Shown one piece after another: positions 12,761-26,838 of a stretch of 64,000 bases of DNA. Source of the stretch: Octopus sinensis (taxonomy: Eukaryota); assembly GCF_006345805.1 (NCBI RefSeq), contig NC_043001.1, positions 56,234,001-56,298,000 of the forward strand. Reading direction: 5' to 3'. Made by a program: the position numbers and the translations under genes. The notes beneath the pieces were generated by a model. It saw only the letters and a program-made list of their open reading frames with translations. It was not told where the DNA came from and did no database searches. Each line of letters begins with the position of its first letter. The first letter of the stretch is position 1.

Positions 12761-15217
12761 GAATTTGCTGTTCTGTTATAGGTAGTATCAGCAAAAAACA
12801 TTTCTTAATCCAGAGAGCGATATACATATGATATATTCAGAGTATTTAAAAATGAGCTACTAATACATTAGAAACAAAATAATTTGTTAGATTATATATG
12901 ATGCCGTGTGTCCGCAATCAATCTTGCAGGCTAAAACGCGCCCTCTCTTTGATATAAGAGCAACTCTGTGTATTTGAGCTAGAAATATTGCGTTCATACT
13001 CAAGGCAGGATATATAAATCTGCCAAATTATTCTTTTCTCACTGCATGAAACGGCTAATAGCTCATATTCAAATACTGCGTACATTAAATGATATTATAT
13101 AAATTTAGTAAAGTGAACGTGTATTTACAAGCTAATTTAATCTCTGCCAACACTGACTTCAAGTATGTAATTGCAGCAAATAACTCGGGTTCCTTTTATT
13201 CGCCCTGGTCGCAGTTCATTTATTTTCGTTCAGTGTCTGCCGGTCGTGGTAGAGGTGCTCCGTGTCAAAATATCACTCGTAGCAGACCACCTCTCGACAT
13301 CGTTCATACGCGCCTGACTCAGGCTCAGAAGTTACAGTCCGAGTTGTTATCTATAATCGTAAAAATTAAAAGTAATTAAAATTCAATGCTTTCTTGAAAC
13401 CATAAATTTCTATAGAGATTAGGATTTAAATTCCGATCTATGAAAAGTCTCCGTTCTACAATATTCTTAACGAAAAATTATCCAGCAACTCGGGCTAATC
13501 CAAACGAGCCTGGTAGATGTAAAAGACTAACTGGCATCTCTTGTCAAGAGTACAGGCGACAGTCAGATTGCTGATGTTTGTTGTGCACTCCGCTGTCGTT
13601 ATTTGATTGCTGTTATTTGTGCGTATGTGTGTAAAGGTCAGTTTTGTCTTTCAGGGTTGCTTTATGGTTTATCCTTAACTTAGAAATAAATAAAGACATA
13701 GTGCTAGATATGAAAAATAAGCCATTTGGGACTAGAAATATTGCAGAAAAACGTGAAATGCTTTGAGCAGGCATGTGTCTCATGCGAAATCCGTGATGAG
13801 CCCGAGTGACGCTGATGAACTGGAATTGCCTCTGATGTGTATGTGTGGTGTGTGTGTGTGTGTGTGTGTGGTATGTCAGAAGATTACACCAACAACTGTA
13901 GGGAATCGAGATATATGAAAATTTCTATTGAATATTTATAATGACATTCAAGCAAAACAAAAACTATACTCAATGTGTATATATGAAGTATCTACTTCCT
14001 TTGTTGAAAGAAAAGTTTAACAGGAACTTCGAAATTTTCCTAGTGACTAGCTTCGTAAGAAAAAGAACACTTAAGTTATGAATGCCCGTTATACCCGTAA
14101 TTCCCTTGTGTTGTTGGAGTACAATCTGCTGATTGCAGCCTAGTTAACATATATCAAAACCAATGGAATTTGAGTAAAATTAAATTGGAAGATATATAAT
14201 ATTCAGAAGAGTTGAAATAGATTTAAACTTTGTGGGTTAAAGCAGAATGCAAGCACATCCTTTTGTATATTATTAACGTGTTGAAAAATAAAGAAGTTAA
14301 CGGTTTGTTAACCTGACCGGCCGTCTTCCCCAGTCAGTAGCATCCGTTCGCTACTATATAAAGTAGACAAAAATAAGGCTGACGCTGACAAACTGACTAA
14401 TTTGTTTTATATGATTTTTTTAAAAAGAAATTTGCCTATATGAAGTTTTTTATTATAGAGGTAAGAGAGTACTCATGACATTGCAGATCCTTCGAGACTG
14501 ATGGGGAAGGAAGTAGTTATACTCAGCTTAAAGTCCTAGCCTGAACGCTAGCAACAGCGTGGACTTGTGCCGTTAAACAGGTGAAAGATTAAGCCTGCTA
14601 TTCAACAACAGTGCTATGAGAGAGATCCCATAGTACTCTATAAAGCTTCTCTCTTCTAAGTTTCACTCAAAACACTTTATAAAAGAGATTTTATAATAAT
14701 ACTAGGTTGTTTTATTTCACTTAATGGAAGACCTGCGTGAGTAATTAATTGATTCTATTGCCTGAAATGTTGCAGAATTGAATTCAAACCCACCGTCTGT
14801 TGTGATGCGACAGTGATACCGACAATAATTGCTTCAACTTTTGGTGAAAAAGGGAAATTTTGAGGGAAGTAGTGGCAAACTTTTCGAAGAATAGTGTAGT
14901 TTCGATTAATCGATCTCAGTGCTCGAACAATACTTATCTTATTGATCTAGAGTGGATGAAAATAATTTAAATGCAGAACGTGAAAAGGCATAACTAAATA
15001 CGCAATTTAATTTGTCCGACGATTTGACCTAAGAATCTCGTATTAAGATTTGATTTTGTGTGCGTGTTAGTGGACCTCTGTTGATTGCAACAATGAATAT
15101 TCCAGTTACTCGCTCAACGGAACTATCTGCTTATTGAATTACTGTGTAACTAGTTTAGTATTGCCAAAACACATCTGTACTCTTAACATCATACTCAGCA
15201 GAGTGGGTAAAGTATTA

Positions 15218-15434
15218 GTTTCAAATTTTGGCACAAGGCCAGCAACTGCGAGGGGAGAGAGTAAGTCAGTTACATCGACCCTAGTCTTCAAATGGTACTT
15301 ATTTTATTGGCCTCGAAAGGATGAAAAACAAAGTCGACCCTGGCGGTATTTGAACTCAGCACGTAAAGTCGGAAAAAATACTGATGAGCATTTTTTTTTC
15401 CGGCGCGGCAACGATTCTGCCGACTCACTGCCTG
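15218..15434 (-). mobile_element. SINE family B (tRNA-derived)
   Basis: Reverse complement of AAGGCGGCGAGCTGGCAGAA...GAGTTCAAAT...GGTCGACTTTG...CATCCTTTCG. Confidence 0.8.
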
Positions 15435-18071
15435 AGAAAATGTTAAGAGTACAAACTTGACAAAATGTTTGATATGGCTGCCCCTTTTAGAAGTTGATAC
15501 AGTCCATGAAACGGGCTTCCATTTACTCAGATTTCCAAGGCTTCAACCAACTCGAGCCCAAAATAGATGATAGATGACACTCGGCCAAAGAGACTTGCAA
15601 CCGGAATGAACCTGGGACACTACGAGGAAAATTAAAATTCCTCACAATTCAGTTATGCTCGCTTCTTCTCTTGTATGTGTATATGAGTGTATAGGGACGG
15701 GCTGACAGACTGACAAAGACAGAAGCATTACCTTCAAACTAATTAAAATTTCTCTTGGTTTTTAAACTGAATTGTTCACTATAGCTGCTTGTAACTTTCT
15801 CTTTGTACATTCGTGAAATATCCAACGTGCTATAATGTTGGAATTGTAAAATAAAAATGTTCACGTGTAAATACAAGTATTCTAGCATGTGTATGCATCA
15901 CATATAAACCTTTATAGCATGATGTGTGTGAATTTATGACAGTGTGAAACGTGTATGCATGTGTGCCGAATAAAATACCTCGGAATGAAAACACATTAAA
16001 ATTAAAATGAAACAAAAATAATAAATTCATTGGTTATTTCTTTGTTATTTGATACTAATCAATCTCCTTTATTTTAAAATATTGCACGTAGTTCATTATA
16101 AAACTAAAAAAAAAAAATCATTAAAAACTAAACACGAAACTCGATAAAATTATTCTCTGACAAAATAGTTGTAATTTTATGGCAGCACAAGAGAATTCAC
16201 AACATCGGAATGAAAGGAAAACAGACGATTTTATTCGCCATTTTATTCAATGAATTTTTCAATTTCTTTAGTCTTGTCCAGATTTAACCATTACTTTGTG
16301 AATAAGCTACAACTCATTGTTTTGTAATCCGTTCTTTATGGACGCTTATCATGCAAAATCTTGCAGAAACATCGTCTTTCTATTCTTCATCATAGTTACG
16401 CCTGAGACCACGGTTTATTGTGACAATGACCCTTCTGCTCCACACTTTGTTACTGACAACCTTAAAGTTATGCGAGTGGAATTAACCGAGTGTATTCTAG
16501 GAATACAATGCATCAGTTTTTTTTTAATTTGATGACATTTACCCCCTCATATTTTGTCTTTTTACAACCAACTTTTTAGCCAGAAGATGGCTTCAGCTTT
16601 CAAAATTCTAATTCTCTCTTCATTTTTGCAAGACAAATCAATTTTCTTTCTAGATTCATTCATTAATTTATTTTATGGGAAAAATCGGTTAAATAATAAG
16701 GAAAGTAGTTTAATTTATTTTACATGGCAATCTACCGTAGTAGCAAAGAAGACATTGAATCCAAACTGCGAAAAACGATTAAAATATTGACCGTTGTGTT
16801 GCTGACATTGGTGGATAAAAAACCCCCACCAAAATGAAGAAAAAAAACCCCCAAAAATCAAAAAAAAAAAAAAACCAAAACAACTTATCGTCTGCTCATA
16901 TGTGAAGGAAACGAATACTTCGATATTCAATTATTTTGATAAATATGGAAATTTATTGAACATTAAGTAGTTTCTCAACTTCCCCTAAGAATCTATGAAA
17001 AACACTTAAACACGTTCGTAGTTAATTGCAAATTGGAATTCTTCTCAAATCTCTAGAGACAGAATGATAGATGGTAGTCAAAAATGTTATTACATTTAAG
17101 ACTGGTATTAATTCCCTAGCAGAGAATTTTTTTCCTTATTTCAGAAACTGTATTACAACGAATTTAAATCTATAAAATTATGCACCGAATTGGTGAAATA
17201 AATATTTCATACATATGAAATATCGTTCAGTACAACCAGTTAATAATGTTTCGTCAGCGGCATTTATTGTAGAACTGATTTAAATCTAATCTTGTTGAAT
17301 AAATTTAAATATTCTATATGTTTTTACACCTTTGCAGGAATAACGTACCACTCGATTTAGCACTACAACCTGGTCCTTAGCAACTCTTTGTTGAGTTCAC
17401 TTGGTTACAAGAATCCTGCCTCTCCCTCTACTCACGTCGTCCCTCAACGTATTGATCTTTAGATGTTCAAACTTATCATCAAACCCTCCTTCTCTAACTT
17501 ACAAAAAGGTAACTTGCCAAGACAAGAGCTTCTAAGTGGTTGTCGGTACTTTTAGAAGGAGTAGATAACTCCCCCCCCCCTATTTGCACTCTAATGTATT
17601 GAAAAAGGTAGATCCCGTTGGTTAAAGTCGTACATTTTTTTTTTTTAAGACAAGAAGGCGGGGGTGCGTGGCTGCTGTTGAAATTTTTCTTTATCACTCA
17701 TACGTCCGTTTGGAGTAAGTTGGCCTTGAGCTAGATAACAACTGCTTGAAGTCGATAAATTGAATCCTTGATTTAATTTCGAACTCGATTATTTTAAATT
17801 ATAAGAAAAGCACAAAGAACATTTTTTTGTTTTTAAAGAAATAAGTTCGGATATCTTGAATTCAGATGCTTCAGGCAGGTTTCTTCGTTGCCGCTTCACA
17901 GATTATCTCGAATTAGTTTCTAAAATTTGTAATTTTTTACTTCTAATTATTAGCATCGATCAATCTCTAATTTTCACTTTTTACCTTAGTTGTCATTGAC
18001 ATCTGAGAACGATTGTTCAACGCAAAATTTATCTCACCTTTTTTAATAGCACTCAATATGAGGTTATTTTT

Positions 18072-18290
18072 AAGGCAGCGAGCTGACAGAATAATGTGCA
18101 CGTCGGGCAAAATGCTTAACGGCATTTCGTCCGTCTGTACGTTCTGATTTCAAATTCTGCCGAGGTTGACGTTACTTTTCATCATTTCAGGGTCGATAAA
18201 ATAAGTACTAGTTGATCATTAGGATCAATATAATCAACTTAACCCCTCCCCGAAATTATCGGCCTTCTGCCAAAATTTGAAACCAATATT
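18072..18290 (+). mobile_element. SINE family B
   Basis: AAGGCAGCGAGCTGACAGAA...TTCAAATTCTGCCGAGGTTGAC...GGGTCGATAAAATAAGTAC. Confidence 0.8.
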
Positions 18291-20534
18291 AAGTTATTTT
18301 GGTAATTCAATTCTGTCCTTTTGCTGGCACTTACTATCACTACATTATTTGGGTTCTCCAACTCCTTCCTCTATAAATATAAATCAAAGTTTTATCATAT
18401 TTATTTTATAAAAATTAAAGCTTCATGGTTAATTCATTTATCACACACACGGGTTCGCATGTGCACTAACTTTTCTATAGAAATGCGTATTTAAAACCAA
18501 ATATGAAACCTTTCATTGTCTAATGTTTTTGTAATAACACGTATATAACTCGAAGTAAGTAATGAAAAAAGAAAAATATAACAACGGTTTATATTCAGAG
18601 GAAATAATATATGAATCAAGTCACTGAGGCAGCCTCTATGCAGTTGTTTGACACGCAAGTGATAACAACTAAATAGCATTCGCGTCGTACTCTGCCGTCT
18701 TAAAGAGAAAAATTAATTGAACTATGTCTTCTCTTATATACAAAAACATAGATTAATCGCCGCTGGAATACCTTTGATTGCAGGTCAGTCTGATCAAAGT
18801 TAACAAGGTACCTGGGGCTGAACACGAACAAAGATAGTCTTCTGTTTTTAAAGTAGTTCCTTATTTCATTTCAGCCTCATTATTCAGAAAAAATTAAATG
18901 ATAGGAATCAAAGTTGTTGAAGAACAAAATCCGAAACTCACTAGAATAATTTTTCATCAGTTACCTTTCGGTCTTTTTAATTTACATAAAGTACAGTTAC
19001 ATAAATTAGCACAAGTGCCGCCAAAATGTTACATTTGGCCTACAGCATGAAGTCTGTGGACTTCTGACACAAAGGCTGGAGACTTCGTACGTTGAATCGT
19101 TGAAAGTTAACCGACATACGTTAAAAATATATTGACTCCGTAGGGAGTATAAATGCAAATATAACTAGTTATATTTATCAAATTTTATTCTTTATATCAT
19201 GCAACATCGCTATATTTTCTTGCCGGACACAGCCGATAAGAGGAAAGAGAAAACAAATAAGATAATACAGTAGCTATCTCTGTCTTCATCAGATTCGATA
19301 TCAGTAAAATGGTGGTTCTGTTGAAATATGTTTTGACGTGAGCGGAACAAAGGTAAAAAAACAACAACAATAACGACAACGACGACAGTTACCACTACCA
19401 CAACAAGAACTAAAGAATATGATTATAAATGATTACCAATGATGCATATGTTTATAAGTAATTCATCATTGTTGAATAGAGCGTGTTATAAAGATATCAT
19501 AGTAAGACATTAGAAATAGTTTTCTCTTACGTGATAGCAGCCAAGATAAATAAACTATTTCTGGGGTAAGTAACCAAAGTGTAATTTATATGAAAGAAAG
19601 TCTTTTGCTGAGTTATTATCTTTAAAGAAAATGTAAAGTAACCGATTTGTCGTACAGAGTGGATAGAAAAAGTAGTTATATCATGGCGGCTGAAGTTTCG
19701 ATACTGTCTAAACCTCCACGCTGAAATCAATAAAGTCATTATTAGTTGTTCTTTTCGTTTAGCCTAATGTCAGCCACGATTTACGATGATTTACGATTGG
19801 ATGATTTATGACTGGGATGATTTACAATTGGGATGCACTATAAATAGGATGTTCCATGATTAAAGGTATTCAAACCACGAAAATGTATATGTGGGCTTCT
19901 CTAATTTATGCCGTAATTTAATAGGGATTTAGCTGCTGTTTCTTGCAAGACGAGGAACCATGTAATTTATGAAACGCAGCAACTAATCAACGGCCAGATA
20001 TAGTAGTATGGTGTAATGATGCTAGAACTACAAATTTGCTTGGATGTAACGGCAATGAGAGAAGATAATATTGAAGATACAGATGACTGGGAATCTAGCC
20101 AAAAGAGGAACTGTTTGATCCATATGGAGATAATAATTAGTCACATGAATATTATCAACTAATGATTGTTATTGTGGATTAGCTTAAATCAGCCTTCGAT
20201 CAAGGAAGACCTATGATCAAAAGGATCACTTCGTCTTTCTTAATTTTCAGGAGCATAACTCGTGACAGAAGGGTGTAATTTGAAGGAAATTTTGACTGTT
20301 ATTTCTAGTAAGCCTAGTGGTTCTACAGGCTTTCTTCTCGGTTCATCTTCATTGATAAAGTTAGTGATTGATATTATTTAGCAGCTGGTCAGACTAATCC
20401 ATCAAATATATGACCAAAGCCTTTCTTCAAACATAGTGTATTAAGAACTATAGAGTATTACTTGAGAGACAACTGGCTGCTATTCTTCGCAGGTTGTGCG
20501 ATTGCGCAAGACTCATCGTTTATCTTTTCCCTCT

Positions 20535-20882
20535 TACTTGCTTCAACCATTAAACTGTGACCATGCTGGGGCACTGCTTTGAAGCATTTCTAGTCGAATG
20601 AATCGCCCCCCCCCCCAGCACTTGTTTTTTGTTAGGCATGGTACTTATTCTATCGGTTTTGCCGAACACCGGTTATCGAGCAGTACTGGGTGACAAACAC
20701 TCACACACACACACACACACACACACATACGTATTTGACGGGCTTCTTTCAGTTTCCGTCTACCAAAACCACTCTCAAAGCTTTGGTCGGCCTGACGCTA
20801 TAGCAGAAGACATTTGCCCAAGGAATCATGCAGTAGGACTGAACTCGGAACCATGTGGTTGGGAAGCAAGTTTCTTACCACT
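20535..20882 (-). mobile_element. SINE family A
   Basis: Tail, internal (CA)n and head (GACGGGCTTCTTTCAGTTTCCGTCTACCAAA...GGAACCATGTGGTTGG) in reverse orientation. Confidence 0.8.
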
Positions 20883-22103
20883 GCTGTAGTAGTAGTAGTT
20901 GTAGTAGTAGTAGTACCTGTGCTTGCGGTGATAGTGATAGCGTTAATAGAGGCGGTTGTTACATTGTAGTTCAGACCTGCAACGTTCGGGTAGATCTTTA
21001 ATTAAGGCATCTCCAATCATAGAAACTTCATCTTTTTGATTTCGTCGTTTAGAAAAAATAATATCCAGGCCTACTTATTCATTCTCTACTTTCTTATTAA
21101 AGGAGATATAGTATGTTATTTGAGGGATATTTAGTTGCTATTTCTTGTGAAATGCTGATTTTATAATTTTATATCCATCTAGGAATCATTTTTCATTCAT
21201 TTATTACGTAAATATAGGGAATACAGTAAATAAAAAAAAATATAATATGATGAATAACACTTTATTAGCTGCTAAGTGTACAGTGATTTTGGCAAACGAG
21301 AGAAAGAAAAATAGAAATTTGTTTGGAAAGGAAAAACAAAAGCATTTTAAAACTGACAGAAACAGACGTTAAAAAAAAATAGTACGATGCTGGCAATTAT
21401 CGTAATTGACAATATGTATGAGAGAGAAAATACCTGAGGCGAGAGTTCTGTATACTAAATACAAATACGACAGAGTCTCACTTATGTAGTATAGTGAATT
21501 TAAAAGCTTTGATCAACTGAGAATATTCTAGAGACTAGTAGATAAAATCCGCCACAAGGTGTGTTTAAAATCTAAAACAATATCTCCACAAATGTTAGGT
21601 GATTGAAATATTTGGACAATACAGACAAATGCTGGCTGCAGTGAATTTGACCTTCAAAGACAGAAGAATCCGAACTTAATAAATCTCTGCAACCAGGACA
21701 ATCTTAAGACAAGAGGCCCAATGCTGTCAAGAAATAAATGCTTTAGACCCATAGATCATTGCTATATCTAGCAGCCTATAACGCCGTTATGATGGTTCTG
21801 TCTGTACTGAAGCATATCCTATCCTGATGGCAGGACAACAGTGTTTATTGAGCTAGAATTTGCAAAAGATGCTGTTAGTTACGTTACCTTATTCCGGATG
21901 CTGTTATTTTGGAAATTTATTGTTCGAACTTGAAGTGAACAATTCAAAACTATAGAGCTGAATGTTTTTTTATTTCGTGGAGGTTATAGCTGATTAGGTC
22001 GACCCTAAAACTTTATTATAATTTATTTCATTGACTCTAGTAGAGTCGCCCATGGTGAGATTTGAATTTAGAACATCAAGGTATACAAATAGTAACAAGA
22101 GAA

Positions 22104-23053
22104 TTTTTTTTGCGTACGGACTGCATCACCGAATAGCGTCAGTATGAATAAGGCAAAAGGTCAGTAAGAATAAGGTAAAGGGCTTACATCGTGCAGGCAC
22201 TGGAATGGCCGGTATCACGGAAATCGTCTAGAAATAGCAAACACATTTCCCTTATATCTCTGCTAACTTCTTAAACAGGAAAATAACTAAGACATGCATT
22301 GGACTTACACTATCCTTGAATAAATGGTGATGACGGTCATTGTTAGATTCATAACGTCATATTTCTGTCTAATGAGAACTGTCCTGGGGTTAAACAACAG
22401 CAACAAATAAATACTACAAGTTATTTTATTCGATGCTGTACCCATTTTTACAATCTACGTTTTTTGTTTTAGAAAATATTAGGAAGGTACACCATTAAAA
22501 GCTGACTAACCAGTCAATATCAGTTCTTATGGAAACTCATTAAGATTGCCTGATACGTTTCTCTGACAATTTCCGCCAGTTTGTGTCAGTCACTTTCGAG
22601 ACGCCAGGTGTTCTCCCGATTTCCTCTGTGAAATAGGAATAACGGCGGCCCGTCGGAGAAATGAGCTCCGCGAAGTGGAGTGGATACACCAGTCATATTC
22701 CGTGGCAATACCATCACGGTCATTACCGTGGGGTGCGCCTGAGCACACCATTTACCCTGGGGTATGTGGTCCATCACCCCCCTCTCCATCTGCTGTTTTA
22801 CCCCTCAATTTTTTCTTTTCTTTCATTTCCTTTATTTTCTCTCTTGTTTCGCTGTTCCTGTGTATCTAAATGTTGCAAATAAATAAAGAGATTTATTACT
22901 GCTAGTTTTTTTGTGAATTTCAATTCATTGAAATTTTTTTTGTGTACGGAGTGCATCGCCGAATAACATACACAATGACGTAACTAGGGTCAGTAAGAAT
23001 AGGGTAAAGGACTTACATCGTGCAGGCACTAGAATGCCGGTATCACAGAAAAT
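22104..23053. repeat. Diverged ~120-bp direct repeat pair (22104-22224 and 22933-23053)
   Basis: Both read TTTTTTTG[C/T]GTACGGA.TGCATC.CCGAATA...GGTCAGTAAGAATA.GGTAAAGG.CTTACATCGTGCAGGCACT.GAATG.CCGGTATCAC.GAAA. Confidence 0.85.
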
Positions 23054-24096
23054 ATTTGTTGTTTGCATTGAAGTCTACTATTTACAGACTGATGAGGGAT
23101 GGAAAGAAACCTTGTGCTCCCTCGCTCGACATGGAGTTATTTCCCTTTACGGAATTCACTTTCTTTTTTCCTTCGAATTTCTGCATAGAAACTGAAATAT
23201 TTATGGAACTACTGGGAAGCTGAGAAGGTAGCATGAAAGTTTCAGAGCTTGTCAATATACGCGCATGCGCACAAGTCTGTGCATTCAAACATATTTCAAA
23301 ATATAATTGAGAAGCAATGCTGGAAAGGCAATTAACCACTTCTGTTCTCAGTACATAAAAGTTACATATTAATGCTGGATTGATTTCAGAAGAAACAGCT
23401 TAACGATTCAGCGGCAGCAGCGGTGGTGGTAACAACAGCAGCAAAAGCATTTGTAGCAGCAGCAGCAGCGGCAACTATTTTATCAAAATAATAATAGCAA
23501 TAACAATAATATTAATAAATACTTGAAAAGAAAGAGATTTAGAAGGAATGCCACTCCCACACATTTGCACCGGGTTACATTAAAGCTTGAACATTTTTTT
23601 AAATAGATAGACACGTTCGTATATGCCAAAGTACATGTGCATCTAAAGGTGTAGATGTGTACATGGATTAATCAGCATTTATAGAGAATATATATGCGTA
23701 TGCACGTGTATGAACGTGTGTCAGAGAACGAGAAAGAGGTGGCGGTAGATGGAATAGAGGATTATAGTGTGCAGATGCAAGACATGTTATTTGTGTAATG
23801 TAATTTAATCAATTTAAATATCTATTAAACCGTTCTTTCACCTACTAAATTTTTACCTACCACGCCGTGCAATCCCTGCTTCTTGCCTCTTGAAACGAGC
23901 TCGGAATTTGTGATAAAATAAACACAATCCTGATAGAATATAGCGATGATAACGATAATAATGGCAATAATGATAAACAAGAACAAATAATTTCGAATAA
24001 AAATGGCGAGAAAATTGTAAAGTAATGAAAGAACAAACATACAAAAAAGAAAACTAACAAAAACAATAAGAAAACCATAGGATTAATGCAATTGTT

Positions 24097-24154
<58 letters not shown>

Positions 24155-24763
24155 CTTCCATCATTATCAGCAGCTACAGCAATAACAATAGCGATAATAA
24201 CATGGTAACACACATACACACACAAGCGCGCGCACACACACACACAAATGTATGTGTATATATTTGTATGCATGTTTGCGTGTATGTATGTTCATATGAA
24301 TATATATATATATATATTTGCATGTGCGTATGTAACTTTATATTTATATGTAAGTATATACATACTGTATGATAGAAAAAATGATAACAAAATATGAACA
24401 GTAATAGAAATGACATAAAGAAGAATGAGAAGGCGGAGGAAGAAGAGGCAGAGGAGGAAGGAGAGAAGAAAAAGTGGAAGCAAAAGAAATAGAAAATCAA
24501 CAACAGCAACACCAGTAACAGTAACAACAACAACAACATACGATAGGAACAAGATCAGCTCCAAGAAGAGCAGCAACATCAACAGAAGCGATATCAGGCG
24601 AACACCCATCTATTAAATATATAAAAGAAAAGGAAAAAAAAAACCAACAAAATATTGCATTGTTAGCTTTGGAAAAGTGGCAGCTTTCGTGTATGAAAGC
24701 TATAACAGCTTGGGTTTGTTCGTTACGAGCAAGAATCAGAGAAAATGTTTAGAAATGGTTTTA

Positions 24764-24816
<53 letters not shown>

Positions 24817-25140
24817 CTATGTATGTATGTATTGTGTGTATGTATAAACACGCAATCGATCACACTCTCTTCCACCATTTATATATGTGTGTGTGTGTCT
24901 CTGTGTGTGTATTTATATGTGTATGTGTATGTATTGCGATAGAGTGAAAAAGCAGAAGATATACTGCTGAAATCTTTGCTAGGCTGGTATTAAGTCTGGT
25001 TAATATTTTGTATTGGCTTTAATCATAGACATGCAAAAGCTTGTCTTAGATGCAGAGAATATTTTAAAGTCATTGCAGCTCTTCTCTCTGGAAAGGTGTA
25101 AAAAGTTTAATAACAACACTGAAGCTGGCTTTTCCTTCTC

Positions 25141-25176
<36 letters not shown>

Positions 25177-25215
25177 GCTCGGTGTCTTAGTCTCTCTTAT
25201 TTTGTTTCTTGCTCG

Positions 25216-25268
<53 letters not shown>

Positions 25269-25342
25269 CTTTCTTTCTTTCTTTCTTTCTTTCATTCTTT
25301 CTTTCCTTCTTATTAGCTCTCGGCTGTTTGCATATTTACACA

Positions 25343-25383
<41 letters not shown>

Positions 25384-25609
25384 ATCTATCTATCTATTTG
25401 TCTGTCTGTTTGTCTGTCTCTCCGTCGATTTATCTGCATATCTGTCAGTTTATCTGTCTGCCTATCTAGTTTTCTTCTTTTCACACTTTCTACAAACAGA
25501 TACGGACCTATCCTCTACGTATCCAGGCATACACATACAAACATTCTGACTCTCACGCCTACTTTCAAACAAGAAACTGACATAGTTTTCTACTCTAAGC
25601 ACATGGCTC

Positions 25610-26167
25610 AAATTTTTGGGGGAGGTGGGGACAGTCGATTAGATCAGTCACAGTATGCAACTGGTATTTAATTTATCGACCCCGAAAGGATGAAAGGCAA
25701 AGTCGACCTCGGCGGAATTTGAAGCCAGAACATAAAGACAGACGACATACCAATTTCTTTACTGCCCACAAGGGGCTAAACACAGAAGGGACAAACAAGG
25801 ACAGACAAAGGGATTAAGTCAATTACATCGACCCCAGTGCACAACTGGTGCTTAATTTATCGACCCCGAAAGGATGAAAGGCAAAGTCGACCTCGGCGGA
25901 ATTTGAAGCCAGAACATAAAGACAGACGACATACCAATTTCTTTACTGCCCACAAGGGGCTAAACACAGAAGGGACAAACAAGGACAGACAAAGGGATTA
26001 AGTCAATTACATCGACCCCAGTGCACAACTGGTGCTTAATTTATCGACCCCGAAAGGATGAATGGCAAAGTCCACCTCGGCGGAATTTGAACTCAAACGC
26101 AACGGTAGACGAAATACCGCTAAGCATTTCACCCAGCGTGCTAACGTTTCTGCTAGCTCGCCGCCTT
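25610..26167 (-). mobile_element. SINE family B with an exact 184-bp tandem duplication
   Basis: GACCCCGAAAGGATGAA recurs at 25678, 25862 and 26046. The first two units are identical by eye. The SINE 5' end is at 26167. Confidence 0.9.
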
Positions 26168-26489
26168 AAGAAACTGATATACTAACTCACAAACGCGCAC
26201 ATAGCATCGCCATCATCACCTTATGTGATTATATTTCTCTCTCTCTCTCATTCCCCTTTCCCACATTCTCCCTTTCTAAGTCTCTCCCTTTTTCTATTGC
26301 CCGCCTCCATAATTTTCTATGATTCTACTTCACGCATGTTGTTTTCCCAAATAAACATCTCTCCATTTCCTATGTTCGAGTTTTTTTTCTTTACTCATAC
26401 CTCTACATATGCTTTCACTCTCTATGTAAATGCACGCGCTGGCGCTCATTATATACATTTGCAAAGATACCTTTTATTCTTTTATTCTT

Positions 26490-26711
26490 TTACTTGTTTC
26501 ATTCATTAGACTGCGGCCATGTTGGAGCAACATCTGGAAGAATTTTAGTCAAATGAATCGACCCCTGTATATAAAAAAAAGCTTGGTACTTATTCTATGA
26601 GTATCATTTCCGAACCATTAAATTATGACGACGTAAACACACCAACACCCGTTGTCAAGCGTTGGTGGGGGATAAACACAGACACTTAGACACACACGAA
26701 AACACACACAC

Positions 26712-26742
<31 letters not shown>

Positions 26743-26747
26743 CATCA

Positions 26748-26781
<34 letters not shown>

Positions 26782-26838
26782 CACACACGACGGGCTTCTT
26801 TCAGTTACCGTCTACCAAATCCACTCTCAAGGTTTTGG
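26490..26838 (-). mobile_element. SINE family A, 5'-truncated
   Basis: Tail and CGACGGGCTTCTTTCAGTTACCGTCTACCAAATCCACTC match the family. Confidence 0.8.

Noticed and set aside
23085-23115. CTGATGA...GAAAC as a hammerhead
   Set aside because: The intervening GGGATGGAAA cannot form helix II, and there is no helix I or III pairing.
25670-26050. CRISPR-like or satellite array
   Set aside because: The units are whole SINE fragments with no unique spacers, in a eukaryotic context.
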